Part shown: in pieces, positions 12,939 to 26,559 of the stretch
Layout of the letters: each line of letters starts with the position of its first letter
How positions within the stretch are numbered: the first letter of the stretch is position 1
Source of the DNA: Octopus vulgaris
Lineage: Eukaryota
NCBI GenBank assembly: GCA_951406725.2
Contig: OX597833.1
Location: 37,014,001 to 37,078,000 of the forward strand
Reading direction: 5' to 3'
Length of the DNA stretch: 64,000 nt
Position numbers and translations under genes: made by a program
The notes under the pieces: generated by a model
What the model saw: only the letters and a program-made list of their open reading frames with translations
What the model was told of the DNA's origin: nothing
The model's database searches: none

Positions 12939-13231
12939 TTGTTTTACCTCTCTGCAAAAGAATTTTATTTAATTCCTTTTGCAAGAAGGATTGTTTCGGC
13001 CTGGCCGTGTTCTGCCCTTACCTTCGAAACACGCATTGAGTCGAACCAGGGGCAGCTGATGAAGGGGAATTTTCCTTGTATTGTTTGTCCTGTACTCATA
13101 TATATATATGCATGTATATATACATATAGATGTAAGTATGTACATATATGTATATATATGCATATGTTTTATTTATTTATTATATTGTTATTATATGACC
13201 GAACGCACGCGTTGTTTCTCTTCTCCAAGTA

Positions 13232-13240
<9 letters not shown>
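12937..13240 (+). mobile_element. Non-coding (TA)n-embedded repeat carrying a strand-permuted hammerhead motif
   Basis: Close match to 8885-9354 in the opposite orientation; flanked by (TA)n on both sides. Confidence 0.75.
13006..13067 (+). ncRNA. Candidate hammerhead ribozyme with non-circularly permuted strand order
   Basis: cgtg-TT-ctgccctt-ac-cttc-GAAA-cacg-(14 nt)-aggggcag-CTGATGA-a-gggg: helix III cgtg/cacg, helix I ctgccctt/aggggcag, helix II gggg/cttc, all core nucleotides present. Confidence 0.6.
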
Positions 13241-13276
<36 letters not shown>

Positions 13277-14562
13277 AAATATATATATATAAAGTACAAA
13301 ACATCGTGTATATGTTTGTATATGTCATTACTTTTATCTATTTTTTTCTTCCCCAACTTTTCAACGACTACTTTTTCAACATTCTTTTTATCCTTATATT
13401 TTAACTTGCATGTACCTGTCCACCACCCGACACCTTGGATGATTTTAGTGGAACCCATTCTGCTGCAAAAATTTGGGCCAGGTCTCCCGTTTGAGGATAA
13501 ACATTCTTTTTCCCACCAGTCTCGGAGAGCTTATAAAAGGTCATGCACAACATGTTCCCTGCTGACTATAAATAAATATAAGAACTACTCTTTTTTAATT
13601 ACACCATTACTTTTGTGAAGTTTATAAACTGCGGCTTATGTGATGAAGAGATTACATCCCCTTGTTGCATAATACCAAGTTAAATCGTACATTTACATTT
13701 AGTTTTATAGAAAATTATCATATAATCGCTCATTTTCTTTCACGTCTCTGGCAAACGAAGAGTGGAATTATCTCGTATCTATGTAGCTAAATAATGCCAT
13801 TTAATTACAATTCAATAAGCTATTATTGATATCGCACTTTTTCTCATGTTCGAATTCTATCTAATGTCTGAGTCACATTAAACTTTGTTATATTTTAGCA
13901 TATAAAATACTGTAAATTTATTTAATAAAAGTCAATATCATTATAGCATAATGATAAATATAATTTCGAAGAAATTAAAATATTTGAAATTTACAGTAGA
14001 TTTCTCTCTTTCTGAATATAATTTTTCGGTGTTCAGAGTACTTCTAAACTTAGGAAAGACAAAAGCATTCTTATTCTAAACCTGTCATGATCACGATTGC
14101 AAATATAGCGATATGATTTTGTATTAAATCCGCTCTCCACTTACTCGTTCTATTTAATTATCTGTATTGCTTTATTTATTCATATATTTATTTATCATTC
14201 ATTTCTTCAAATCAAGATTTTGAAATTATTTAATTTTGTAATATTGATACATTTTTTTAAAACTCAATATTCACAGTTAACACGTTTATACGAAGTAGTT
14301 CTGTTCAGAGAAGCAATTTATACGACTGACTTATTTGCTATATCATTTGATGATTGGAAAAATATACTTATCAGCTTTTGTTTTTATTTCATATGCATAA
14401 GCCTTACTGTAAAGTAAATAAATAAATAAATAAATAAAATAAAAAATATGTGAGTGTTTAGAGAGACAGATACATAGATAGACAGACACACAGACAAATA
14501 GGTAGATAGATAGATAGATAAGTAGATATATAGACATAGAGAGATAGATAGATAGATAGATT

Positions 14563-14647
<85 letters not shown>

Positions 14648-14818
14648 GTAGACAGAGAGAGAGAGATATATATATAGACAGACAGAAAGATAGATAGATA
14701 GATAGATAGATGTGTGTGTATACACACATATATATATACATATATATACATATATATACATATATATATATATATACACACACATGTTTGTAGACATGTT
14801 ATATATGTGTGTGTGAGT

Positions 14819-14892
<74 letters not shown>

Positions 14893-15444
14893 TAACTGTG
14901 TAAACATATAGACATCCTGCACAAGGCCTGAAATTACATCTCTCCTAATGCTTAGCTGTTACTTCTTTCATCGACCCAAAAGGATGAAAGGCAAAGTCAA
15001 CCCCGCGGGCATTTCGTAAAGACGGACGAAATGCTAAAGATTCTAAGGCTCGCCACCTTAGACACATCTATAAATATTTAAACATTTATGTGTTTATATT
15101 CGGCACTGCCTGCGTACCACACGGCAGATGTCGAGACAATTGGAGAGTAGCCTGAGATAAAGTGTTTTGCTGAAGAACACCACGCTCTGCCAAATCTGGG
15201 AATCGAAACCACGATCACGTGATCGTATGTACAACACACATCATTTGGCCACGAATCCTTACCATATGTGTGTGGAGGTGGGATGTGGTTGCGTGATAAG
15301 AAGCTTGATTCCCAGCTACATGGTTCTGGGTTCAGTCCTACTACTGCGTGGTAACTTCAACAATACAACCTTCTAATATAACCTTGGGCCAACCGAAGAC
15401 TTTAGTGGCTTTAGTAGACATAAACTGAAAGAAGCTCATCGTGT

Positions 15445-15477
<33 letters not shown>

Positions 15478-15528
15478 AGTGTGTGTGTGCGTGTGCGTGC
15501 GTGTGCGTGTGCGTGTGTGAGTGTATAC

Positions 15529-15561
<33 letters not shown>

Positions 15562-15749
15562 CCTATAGCAAAATAATTGAGACTCAGATTAATTAGATAC
15601 TTAAGTTGAGGCACCAAAAATTAGTGCGGAGTTATCGGTATAGGATAGCTCTGCATTTAAACTGATGTAATGATTGCATTATTCAATTAAATGGAGTCGC
15701 TTGAAACGATCGTACTGCATCACCTCTGGATATCCTGTTGCTTATTATG

Positions 15750-15839
<90 letters not shown>

Positions 15840-15840
15840 G

Positions 15841-15896
<56 letters not shown>

Positions 15897-15942
15897 CAGA
15901 CAGTGATATAAATAAACACGCTTTGAGCTTAATATACAAAAT

Positions 15943-16000
<58 letters not shown>

Positions 16001-16362
16001 GTAAATATATATAAGGATATATACACACAGAGAGAATAAGCATATGCGTGTGTGTGTATAAATATGCATTATTACATACATGCATGCATACATACATACA
16101 TACATACATACATACATACATACATACATACATACATACATACATACATACATACATACATACATACATACATACATACATACATACATACATACATACA
16201 TACATTCATACATATAAAATATGTTGATATAAATAGCGATGCGAAATGTATTAACCACAAAAGGAAAACTTTTATCGTCACGAAGTGTGACAAAGAGTGC
16301 CGAAGTACCTACATTGCTAAATGAAAATTAAAAAAAAACTTCTATATATATATATATATACA

Positions 16363-16443
<81 letters not shown>

Positions 16444-16820
16444 AGCACACAAACACAAACACGTATATATACATACATACATGTGTGTGTTTGTCTATAC
16501 ACAAGTGTTCATCTCTAAATATTTTCAGTTCCTGTTTCTCACTATATATCTCCCTATATATATTTACATGTGTATATGTATGTACGTATATTTTGTATAT
16601 CAAGCCCAAGCTGCTTACTTGCACCGCTATCTCCATATCAACTCTCTTATTGCCACTCTTTACGCCCGCAGACTAAGTTCTCAAAAAAGACTTTGGAGTG
16701 TCAGTTCAAATCATTTGAACACTATGTTTTCCATGTTCAGCATCTTTGGATCCCACCTGTTGACACTCTGTCCCTCCGTCTGTCCATCCCTTCCTCTCTG
16801 TCTGTCTGTCTCTGTCTCTG

Positions 16821-16851
<31 letters not shown>

Positions 16852-16854
16852 GTC

Positions 16855-16958
<104 letters not shown>

Positions 16959-17016
16959 TCATCATCGTAGTAATTTCGGCTGATTATATATATATCACGG
17001 CCAGCCCTCAGAAAAA

Positions 17017-17048
<32 letters not shown>

Positions 17049-17710
17049 TATTATATATATATGTATGTATGTATATATGCATGCGTGTGTGTGTGTGCAT
17101 ATATATCTGTGTGTGTGTGTGTGTGTGTGTATGCATGTATATTATCTATCTATTTATCTATCTGTCTCATGTATACATATATACATGAGACAGATAGATA
17201 AATAGATAGATAGATAGATAATCATATGTTCACAAGTGTGTTTTATTAATTGTTTTAATTTATTTGACAGCAGCCCCCCCCCTTGTATGTCTGTGAAAAA
17301 TTTAGTCGATCATATAGAGCCTAGTTTCCGTTTAATCGGGTATTTTCGGAGTGCAGAGGTTCACTATATAAAACGCAACACTACTTTTTCACTGAATGTT
17401 GATATATTTTTCTGTAAGCGTTTTTGTTAGGTCTTGTGTCTTCGTATACTTGTAATATTGCTGAATCTCCTAATTTTAAACAATTACTTATTTTGCTTCT
17501 CAGATTGACAACGAAAATGATTACGATGAAACCAAAATACACGTGCGCTCAAATTACAGCATATTTTACTGGAATAGGTTTGTAGGAAATATATTTCACT
17601 TGTAGTTATTTCACTTATGTTGATAAATTAAACATACTTCCATACATGCAAACATATATTTATGTATATGTGTACGTGAATAATACAAACACTCATATAA
17701 CATGTGTATC

Positions 17711-17781
<71 letters not shown>

Positions 17782-17942
17782 CATACACACACACACACAC
17801 ATATATATGTATACATATCTTTATATATACGTGTGTGTGTATATATATATCTTTAATATGTATCTTTATACATATATATATATATATCTTTTACTCTTTT
17901 ACTTGTTTCAGTCATTTGACTGTGGCCATGCTGGAGCACCGC

Positions 17943-18003
<61 letters not shown>

Positions 18004-18073
18004 TGTGTGTATACATATAGATTTATATATATATCTTTATATACATAAGTGTTTGTGTGTGTATATATATCTT

Positions 18074-18428
18074 TACAGTTCTATATTTAAGAGATGAGGA
18101 ATTATGTACAGTATTTACATTATTTACATTTGACGGATGTTTGTCCTAATCTTGTTTGTTGTTAATACAACGTTTCGGCTGATATACCCTTCAGCCTTCA
18201 TTGGGTATCTTGGGGAAATTTGGAACCTGAGTTCTCATTCCTAAGGTATTTTTCGATGTTGTTGTTGTTGTTGTTGTTGCGGCTGTTGTTGTTGTTGTTG
18301 TTGTTATTATTATTATTGAGTGAGAGAGCAGTGCATGCCATCAAAGTGACACTGGGGTAAAATATACGAAGCCCTGTATACCCATCATGAGGACAAAAAT
18401 CCGTCAAATGTAAATTATGTAAATTACA
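18074..18428 (-). mobile_element. HHR-bearing SINE-like element (head missing) with inverted terminal fragment
   Basis: Same family as 30251-30772. HHR at 18165-18208 (atac CCAATGA a ggctga..tcagcc GAAA cg TT gtat); inverted fragment at 18388-18428; possible TSD atatcttt (18067-18074, 18428-18435). Confidence 0.75.
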
Positions 18429-18479
18429 TATCTTTGTATATATATTGCGAGCTGAATAAAAATTTTAAAATATTGAAAA

Positions 18480-18950
18480 CCAAAGTTTAAAGGGATAGAA
18501 TCTCAGGATGGTAGACTCACCATGGCTGGCATTTCTTCACGACGGACAGCAACGTAGTGGCAGTTTAACGGCTAGCGCAAAATTTTGAACTTGATGTAAA
18601 AACAAAATCCTAAACACCAAGTTTTGAAGTGATTCTTTCTCTCTAACCATGGCAGGCATTGAAAACTTCTTCATGACAGACAGCAACACATTGACGATTT
18701 AAAGGCTGGTGCAAATTTTTTAGCTTAATGTAACGGAGAATTCCTAAAAACCCGCTCCTGTAAATTTTAATCCCCTTCCAGCTCCATTTAGACCCCTTTT
18801 CACATTTTGTTTAGTATAACTCGATTTCATTCGGTTCTACTCAGGCCACGTTTTAAAAGATGAGAAATTTTGTCCTAGAGGTCACGCCTTTCATTTGAGG
18901 AAAAAAATAGTTGCCATGCAAACTCGCAAGCACTTTTAACATAGGTGTGC
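18480..18950. repeat. Unclassified repeat with an internal diverged ~127-bp tandem duplication
   Basis: accatggc..cttcacgacggacagcaac.. recurs at 18519 and 18646; may belong to a non-autonomous rolling-circle element. Confidence 0.5.
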
Positions 18951-18984
18951 ATATTTTCAGCTCAACTAACCACATAATGCACAC

Positions 18985-19095
<111 letters not shown>

Positions 19096-19134
19096 CTACG
19101 CATTATATATACAAATGTATACAAATTATATATA

Positions 19135-19176
<42 letters not shown>

Positions 19177-19243
19177 CCTTTATATATAAATTCAGATATA
19201 TACACTTCGTATATATACATCATATATACATATTTATATATAG

Positions 19244-19289
<46 letters not shown>

Positions 19290-19312
19290 GAATTAACCCA
19301 ATAAATATCTGT

Positions 19313-19790
19313 TTCATAATATTTGTTCTCATGATTGTGTGGTGGATGTGGCGATAATAATTCTCTCTATGAATGCAGACATACGTACAGAGAGAGAGGG
19401 GGTGGGAGAAAAAGTGACAGAGCTGGCGAAGGTGGCTAGAGAAAGAAAGTGGCAGCTGTCAAACGTCGTTGTAGATCGAAACCGGAGGGAAGGGAGGAAA
19501 GAGAGAGAGAGACGGAAGAAGAGAGGCAGATATGTGAAAGACAGAAACGACAATTCATAATATTTGTTCTCGTGATTGTGTCGTGGTTGTGGCGATAATA
19601 ATTCTCTCTATGAATGCAGACAGACGTAGAGAGGGGGGAGCGAGGGGAAAAAGAGTGACAGAGCTGGCGAAGGTGGCGAGGGAAAGATAGTGGAAGCTGT
19701 CAAACGTCGTTATAGAGAGAAATTGGAGGTAAGGGAGGAAAGAGAGAGATACGGGGGAAGAGAGGCAGATATGAGAAAGAGAGAAACGAC
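19313..19790. repeat. Tandem duplication of a ~241-bp unit
   Basis: ttcataatatttgttctc... starts at 19313 and at 19554, and the two units align along their length. Confidence 0.85.
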
Positions 19791-20714
19791 ATACACTTGT
19801 CAAAGTGTGGGGTTTTTTGCCCTAGTAACCACAGCTTTTGAGATAGGGATTTCTAACCTAGTCCACTCACATCTTCGCCTCTTTTTACATGTCCCTGTAA
19901 ATTTTGGAGCGAATCCGACCGCATTTAGTGCCACTTAACCCGTTCCAATGCCAAAAGCAGACAAACAGTGTATAAAGGCGCCCCTCTTTGTTTCAAATAT
20001 AACTACAAGAGAGACGTGATGTTACTTGAAATGAAACTTTGGAAGATAGGAGGACGTTGCAAATATTCACGCCCACTGGAAGATAGGACTAGATTGAGGT
20101 TTCAAAAGGCGAGAGGGGAAGTTGGGGCTTGTTGCTGAAAAAAGCCTACCCGACAGAAAAATAGCACAACGCAATTATTTTACTAATTGCCTAAATAATC
20201 GTAGTTGATCGAAGTCTTTTAACGTACCGTATTAAAGTCTTAGCTTCGCGAACAAAGATTCATGAAGAGTGTGTTGTCCTAATCTTTAAGCAGGTTTACT
20301 GCAAGCTGCTATTTGATATGCGAAATTATTTTCGCTCAGAAATAATGCTGATATATGTTATGACTGGGTGTTCATATCTTTCGTAGCCACTATGACAAGA
20401 TCCACGATTAAGAAGTAGTATTTCTAGGATACACACGCGAACGTTGTTCATGATATAAAAGAGTGAATAAAACACTGAATACATGTTATAGCGTTGAGTG
20501 GTATTTGTTCAGCTGTTGCCATTTGCCGCTACATCAAGTTTCACGAGTATTCCATAAACCAGTCAACATTGTTGATCAATGAGAGAAAAAAATCCACACT
20601 TTTCATTACAAAACAGCATGGCAGTCTGACTGATAGAATAATCGAAAGTCTTGAAATGACTGCAACTGAAGATATGTAAATGCGCATGTATGTATGTATG
20701 TATGTATGCCTATT

Positions 20715-22740
20715 GTTGTTATAACTGGTTTATCATTTTCTATCTTATCCGTCTGAATTGGAAAATACCATAACATCTTGCATTTTTCCGACTCTAGCTC
20801 CCTTTCAACCCAATGATTATACTAAGTACTTCTAGCTTCAAACCCCCATTTCTCACAAAGTTTCCAGTGCAAAACTTTCACGACTTGCCCATGCCTCCAT
20901 TTCTTAAATTCGCCCAGAGCCAACTTGGAACATTCTGCAACAATGTGTGCCATTGTTTTATTCCAAATTCAATATACTCTACATTTTACTGACACCTTCT
21001 CCCCATACACGCATTTTCTCAAGTTGTATGCTTTTAACGCTTGATCTTGAGCAGCTATAACAAGGCTCTCTGTTTCTTTTCTCAGTTGTCCATTTTTAAC
21101 TAAGCAATTGTCTTTTATTCAACCAAGCTCAGGTTTTCATTCCACATGCAACCTCAGTGGCTTTCCAAACCTGGCCAGCATGCTGTCTTTGAATTGCATT
21201 CTTGTTCTTCCCTCCTATTCCACACTTAGTCGTCTGATCTTTATTCACTGCTTTTAGAAATTTCTGTGAGCTGTTCTGTAAATATTCTAGTAGGCTTTTT
21301 CTTTCCCATCTGTTCGCACTCTTCCACTGCAATTAAGCCTTTTCCATTCCGGACTCTCTTTATGTACAACCGGTTATATCAGCTTTTGGACGGTGGGATC
21401 CATACATTGTGAACAGCTTCTAGCTTTTCTGTCAAGTTTCTGTATGTCGCTTTTTGTCCAGTCTACAATTCCAGCTCCATATCTGACAGCCAGTACTACT
21501 CTTGCATTTATCGCTTGAATAACATTTTTTTAAAATTCAGCCTTGACTGTAATATTTTTCTCACTTTCCTTACATACTCCCTACTTGTAATTTGCTTCAT
21601 CTCTTCATGTTTTATTTCATCTGCCTCCAGTATTTCCAAATACTTATACCAGTGTTCTTTCTCAACTGCTTTCATTATTAGCCAATTTGGCATTTCAATA
21701 CCCTTGCTTTCTTCAAATTTTCTTCGTTTCATCTCTCTATATATAAACGGCAGTTTGTCTGTCTGTGTGTCTGTCAGGTTGTACCCTTACCCTGACCATG
21801 GCTTTCAACCGATTCTGATGAAACTTGACACACACATAGCCCAATGTCATAATTCAAAACTAACGCAGTGAAAATTTTGAAAAGTTCACCCAGTTCTGAA
21901 AAGAAATCGATAAATTCGACATTGGCTCGAGAATCTAAGCTTTTTATATGCAACACATTTTCTGTCTAGGGGACACACTCGACCATTTTATCGCCCAAAG
22001 GGACAGCTAGGAACATCGTATACACAGAAGTATTCGAGTGAAGAGAAGACATTGCAATCTACACATGCGCCTTCGTTCCCTAGAGGGAAAGGACTACATT
22101 GGGATTAGTCGTTGCCTACTAGGGGATCTTACATACCCGGGCAACGCCGGGCTATGCTGCTAGTTTTCAATATAGAGCACTTTTCAGTCCTGAATTCCAT
22201 ACCTATATCATTTGAGAAAATAAAGCTTTATATCATTCATAAAAAGATGATTTCTCAGACCATACTCTTTTCCCAAGCCATAAGCTACCTTGACTTCTCG
22301 TAGTATCAAACTAAGCATTACCGTAGCCAATACAAATAGTAATAAAGGTAAGCTATCACCTTGAAATATACCACGTCTGATGTTCATTTTCCCAAGTCTT
22401 TGTATTCTTCGTATCAATTCAGCATTCCAGTATTTCATATTTCCATTGATCATTTTTTTTCATATTTTCTACCACCCCAGACATGCTCATTGTTTTACTT
22501 ATCCCACAGTGCGGTACCATGTCATGTGCTTTTTCTGTAATCCAACCATGTTACATTCGATCCCATTATTTGCGTCTACAAATTCTAATTACAATTTTAT
22601 CAAATATTTGCTGGTTTTTAGTTGCCCTGTTTTACTTCCTGAAACCTTTCTTTTCCACTGGAAGTAAATTGTTTCTTTCCAGATGATTATATAACTTTTC
22701 CGCCAAAGCTTCTACATAAGTGATAAACAGGTTATAGATC
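20715..22740 (-). mobile_element. R4/Dong-type non-LTR retrotransposon fragment (RT to CCHC region), interrupted by a Helitron
   Basis: IRRGIFQGDSLPLLLFVL, NHLFMNDIKLY, YKYLEILEADEIKH, RYGAGIVDWTK, ETESLVIAAQDQAL, HIVAECSKLALGEFKKWRHGQV..LHWKLCEKWG. Confidence 0.85.
21732..22163 (+). mobile_element. Non-autonomous Helitron
   Basis: 5' TC(tctatatatataaa), 3' hairpin cccgggcaacgccggg followed by CTAG, inserted between A and T with no TSD; removing it restores the LINE frame KCSILK|MKRRKFEES. Confidence 0.92.
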
Positions 22741-22762
22741 AAAAATTTGACATCAGATTACC

Positions 22763-23012
<250 letters not shown>

Positions 23013-23199
23013 ATCATTGATAATTTGTTGAGTTATTACGGAATAACATTTGCAGAAAAAGCATTATGAGATAAATAGGGATTCAGTAATATCGTACTAC
23101 CACAAATGATGTTGACTGCCGTGTCACAGGTGGGGGTTCAATAGGAAAACTAGGAACACTTTTTTTCTGCTTATTAAATCATCATTATTTACATTTGCT

Positions 23200-24780
23200 G
23201 CGAGAATGAAGAACTCCAGAGTTGTGTGACATTTAAAGAGTACGAACTGAACTCATTTGGTGCATTCAGAACTTGTACAGCTATTAAGAAAGACTTGTAG
23301 ACCTTCCTCTATAAGCACCAACCTTTTAGCCATAGTCATTGCAGTCAACTAAAGTAGAGTAGGTGGAGCTTCTATATCTTCTTGCACTTCAGCTGGCTCT
23401 TGTTCTAATATCATCAATCTCTCATTAGGAAAACTGATGATATTAGTACAGAGCTTACAAGCTTTCTCTACGGGTCTCGACCATACTCTTTTCTGTGACT
23501 TCTTTAAATCCAACAAATTTGACTGTGCTACAATACCTTACTGAATTTTATGTAGACTTTCTGCTGGTGAAAAACTGTAAAGTCACGGATAGAATCTGGC
23601 TATAGTTTTTCTCTACACAGAGCATAGGGTTTCATATCATTTCAGAACTTGGTTATGTTATCCACTGCATCCATAATGTTGAACTTTTCCCCCATAACTC
23701 TAACTGGAAGTTTATCTTCTCTGTCAATTTTATGAATTGTTTCAAGGTTTCTCTGATAATATGTCTTGAAGTTAGCTGCCACACCTTGAGTATAAATTTG
23801 TGTTCTTGGCGATATAGTCCACTCTCACATTATCGATAAAATCATTCAAGTCCACTGGGCGCCTAGAACTGTACCTTTATATTGAGGGTTTAAAAAAGTT
23901 TCTAATCCATTCTAAGAAAGATTTTTAGTCATCCAGCGTTCATATTTGAGCTCTAAATCACTGGTAGCTTATCTTAGCATTATCTTAGGCTATTATCTGA
24001 TAGTTTATCTAAGCATTCAAAACCATTGGATTTTAGGAGTAATACACAAATCTGGGCTTTAATTTCTCTTCATGCGTTGTATTTCTTCCCACAAGAATCG
24101 CCAAGCAGTTTCTGGAAGTATTTAAAGCCCGGTGTTGATTTTTCTTCATGAGAAATAAAATTTTTAGTCGACATGCGCTTCCAGGAAGCTATTTCATCAT
24201 CATTATACACCTCTAGTGAATAGCTTCCTTAAGCAATAATTTCTTTCAGTTTCTCTGGATAATTAGTAGTAACCTCCATATCACTGACAGCTTCAACGGT
24301 AATTTTAATGCTGTTCGAATTAAAGCGCATCTTCAATTTTTCGAACCAACCTTTACTAGTGCCAAAAAAGTTTTACATAAGAAGTTGTACCATGTAATTT
24401 CTAACTTACACTTGAATAACCACCGTATTTATCGGCGCATTATGTCTCGTCTGATTTGTACATAGATCAAGAGTCGCTTCATTTTAAAGACCACTCAGAT
24501 CAATGAAAAAATAAAGGCAACAACAAATAAACAAAACAATGTCCCTGCCTTGTACGGAGTCACTGATTATTTATCATTATTGTCTTCTGTTGCTTCCATT
24601 GCAGACGATACGAGCTTTAATGTTTCTTTCTTTCTTTCTTTCTTTCTGTTTTTTTTTTTTTGCAATATGACTTTTTAACCCGCATCAAATCATAGGTTTA
24701 GCATCAAACGTAATCTTTTTACGAATCCTTTTGGCAGTACCATCATCATTTGCACTTAATTAGTTCTTTCCAGTTATCTT
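23200..24780 (-). mobile_element. Tigger/pogo-like transposase pseudogene
   Basis: LSANDDGTAKRIRKKITFDAK, FGTSKGWFEKLKMRF, YPEKLKEIIA*GSYSLEVYNDDEIASWKRMSTKNFISHEEKSTPGFK are decayed CENP-B HTH/DDE Tigger motifs. Boundaries approximate. Confidence 0.85.
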
Positions 24781-25439
24781 GATTAAGATTCCTGCCCTAT
24801 GACTTACGCGTTAGTACTTAAACCCAATAATAGCAATGATAGACAAACACAAAGAATATCTACACAAAGTAGTGACACAGTAGAACCCAGGAAAGTTTTG
24901 ACACTGTGTGTTGATAAAAACTAGCAGTCATATCACTTCGGCCACAAATATCTAAACAAGAAGTTGTGAGGAAGTGAGATGAGAGCAAGTACTGTTTCAT
25001 AAAATTTAGTAGCAACATACAGGTCAGTTTAATCGCGAACTGCACAAACAAGATGAGAGAGTGCCGAGAATAGAGCGAGTAGATGCGGGCAAGAATGTAC
25101 AATTTAGGAGTTAGATAGGAGTTTGATTTGACTGCGTATAACTTAGTTCTGATGCGTTCAGCAATATACGAGAAAATCTGTTATTTTACTACACACCTAA
25201 ATAAGAAAAAAAGAACAGTAATGAACCTTACAACATTAGTAAAAACGTAAAAGACTTCGAAAACTTGAGTGTGATTTGGCCGGCCTATACTTTCTAAAAC
25301 TCTCTATGACAAATTCCCAGCAGTAACAAACGACGTTTATAGTGACGGTGGGTTGCCATACGAAAAATTAACCTCCTGTTCATAGAGAATTTCAGGAAAA
25401 ACCTACACCTCTTCTTTAAAAACTTAGTTTTCTCTATAA

Positions 25440-26230
25440 CATTCAGTCCAGACCTGAAAAAAGTAAACTTCCAAAATACTACGTTAAACCTAGAAAATTC
25501 AAAATAACATGAAGTCCACAGCAAAGCTAAAACACATCAGCACATCGCCAAACCATCTACAGAACATTATGAAGAACTTAGGGTAGAACGTCAAACTTCG
25601 ACTTTCAACACTTCCTCCAAAAGAAAATATACTCAATGATGCAGCCCACGCCATTAATGAAGCTCTTGTCGGGAAAAAGTTTCAATGATAAAGTCATACC
25701 AGAAAACTAAACTTAGACATTATCAAGAAAGAAAAAAAATTATTCAACCCGCCTCCAGCCTACAAACAAATACAACAGTTGCTAAACTATTTTTAACGTT
25801 TTGCACAAATATTTTGCACCCACACACAAATATCATGAACTTTGAAATGAAAAAAATCTATTATAGTGACTAGTTATCATTCAAGTTCAAAAACCTGAAT
25901 GCATACATCTAGATGGAAAGTACCTAGAGAAAGAACTAGTCAACTCCGCCAGTGTCTATATTAAATACTCGAAGCGAACATATAACGGCTCACATCAAAC
26001 AATTAAAATCAGATATTATAAATATGTCTATTCCTTCTGTAAGTCAAGTAGAAAAAATCAGGCCATGCTATCAGAACACATCGGCCACTAAAAACAACAC
26101 CAAAAAAATGGATCTCCCTAAAATATATACTGGAAAATACTCTCCTTCTCCATTCTCATTTTGCAAAAGACTCTGCAAACTATGCACAACAGAACGCTTT
26201 GAAATCTTAACCTTTCACTTTATTTTACAC
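25440..26230 (+). mobile_element. Penelope-like element fragment, heavily decayed
   Basis: KVNFQNTTLNL, HISTSPNHLQNIMKNL, RLSTLPPKENILNDAA, RKKII..TNTTVAKLFL, DGKYLEKELV, RLCKLCTTERFEIL parallel the PLE thumb/linker/GIY-YIG consensus. Confidence 0.7.
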
Positions 26231-26559
26231 AGCAGATACTTCCACGTGTCTATAAGAAAACATATAAATCATTCAGACATTCAAACTACCACCCCAATAT
26301 GTCATGTATATCTATCTATCTATATAATATTTACATAAACAAAGTGCACTTAAAAGCACATAGTACACTCTGTTGTTTGGTTGGCATTAAGAAGGGCATC
26401 CAGCTGCGGGAACCATGCCAAGGCAGACAAAGAGCCTAGTGGAGCCCACCGACTCGTGTGTTCTTGTCCAACAGTCTAACCCATGCCAGCATGGAAAAAG
26501 AGACGTTAAATAATGATAAACGATGAGAGAAACAGCTTAATATTTGCATGGATTTTTTA

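Noticed and set aside
20200-20680. Faint resemblance to a Transib/Chapaev-like transposase (CRYIKFH...LEMTATED)
   Set aside because: Too degenerate to support by eye; would need a profile-HMM hit.
21814-21824. CTGATGA followed by aac in the Helitron
   Set aside because: No helix II, separate GAAA or UH in register; part of a ccgattctgatgaaactt motif typical of such elements.
23433-23441. CTGATGA in the Tigger remnant
   Set aside because: No complementary stems found; chance occurrence in decayed coding sequence.
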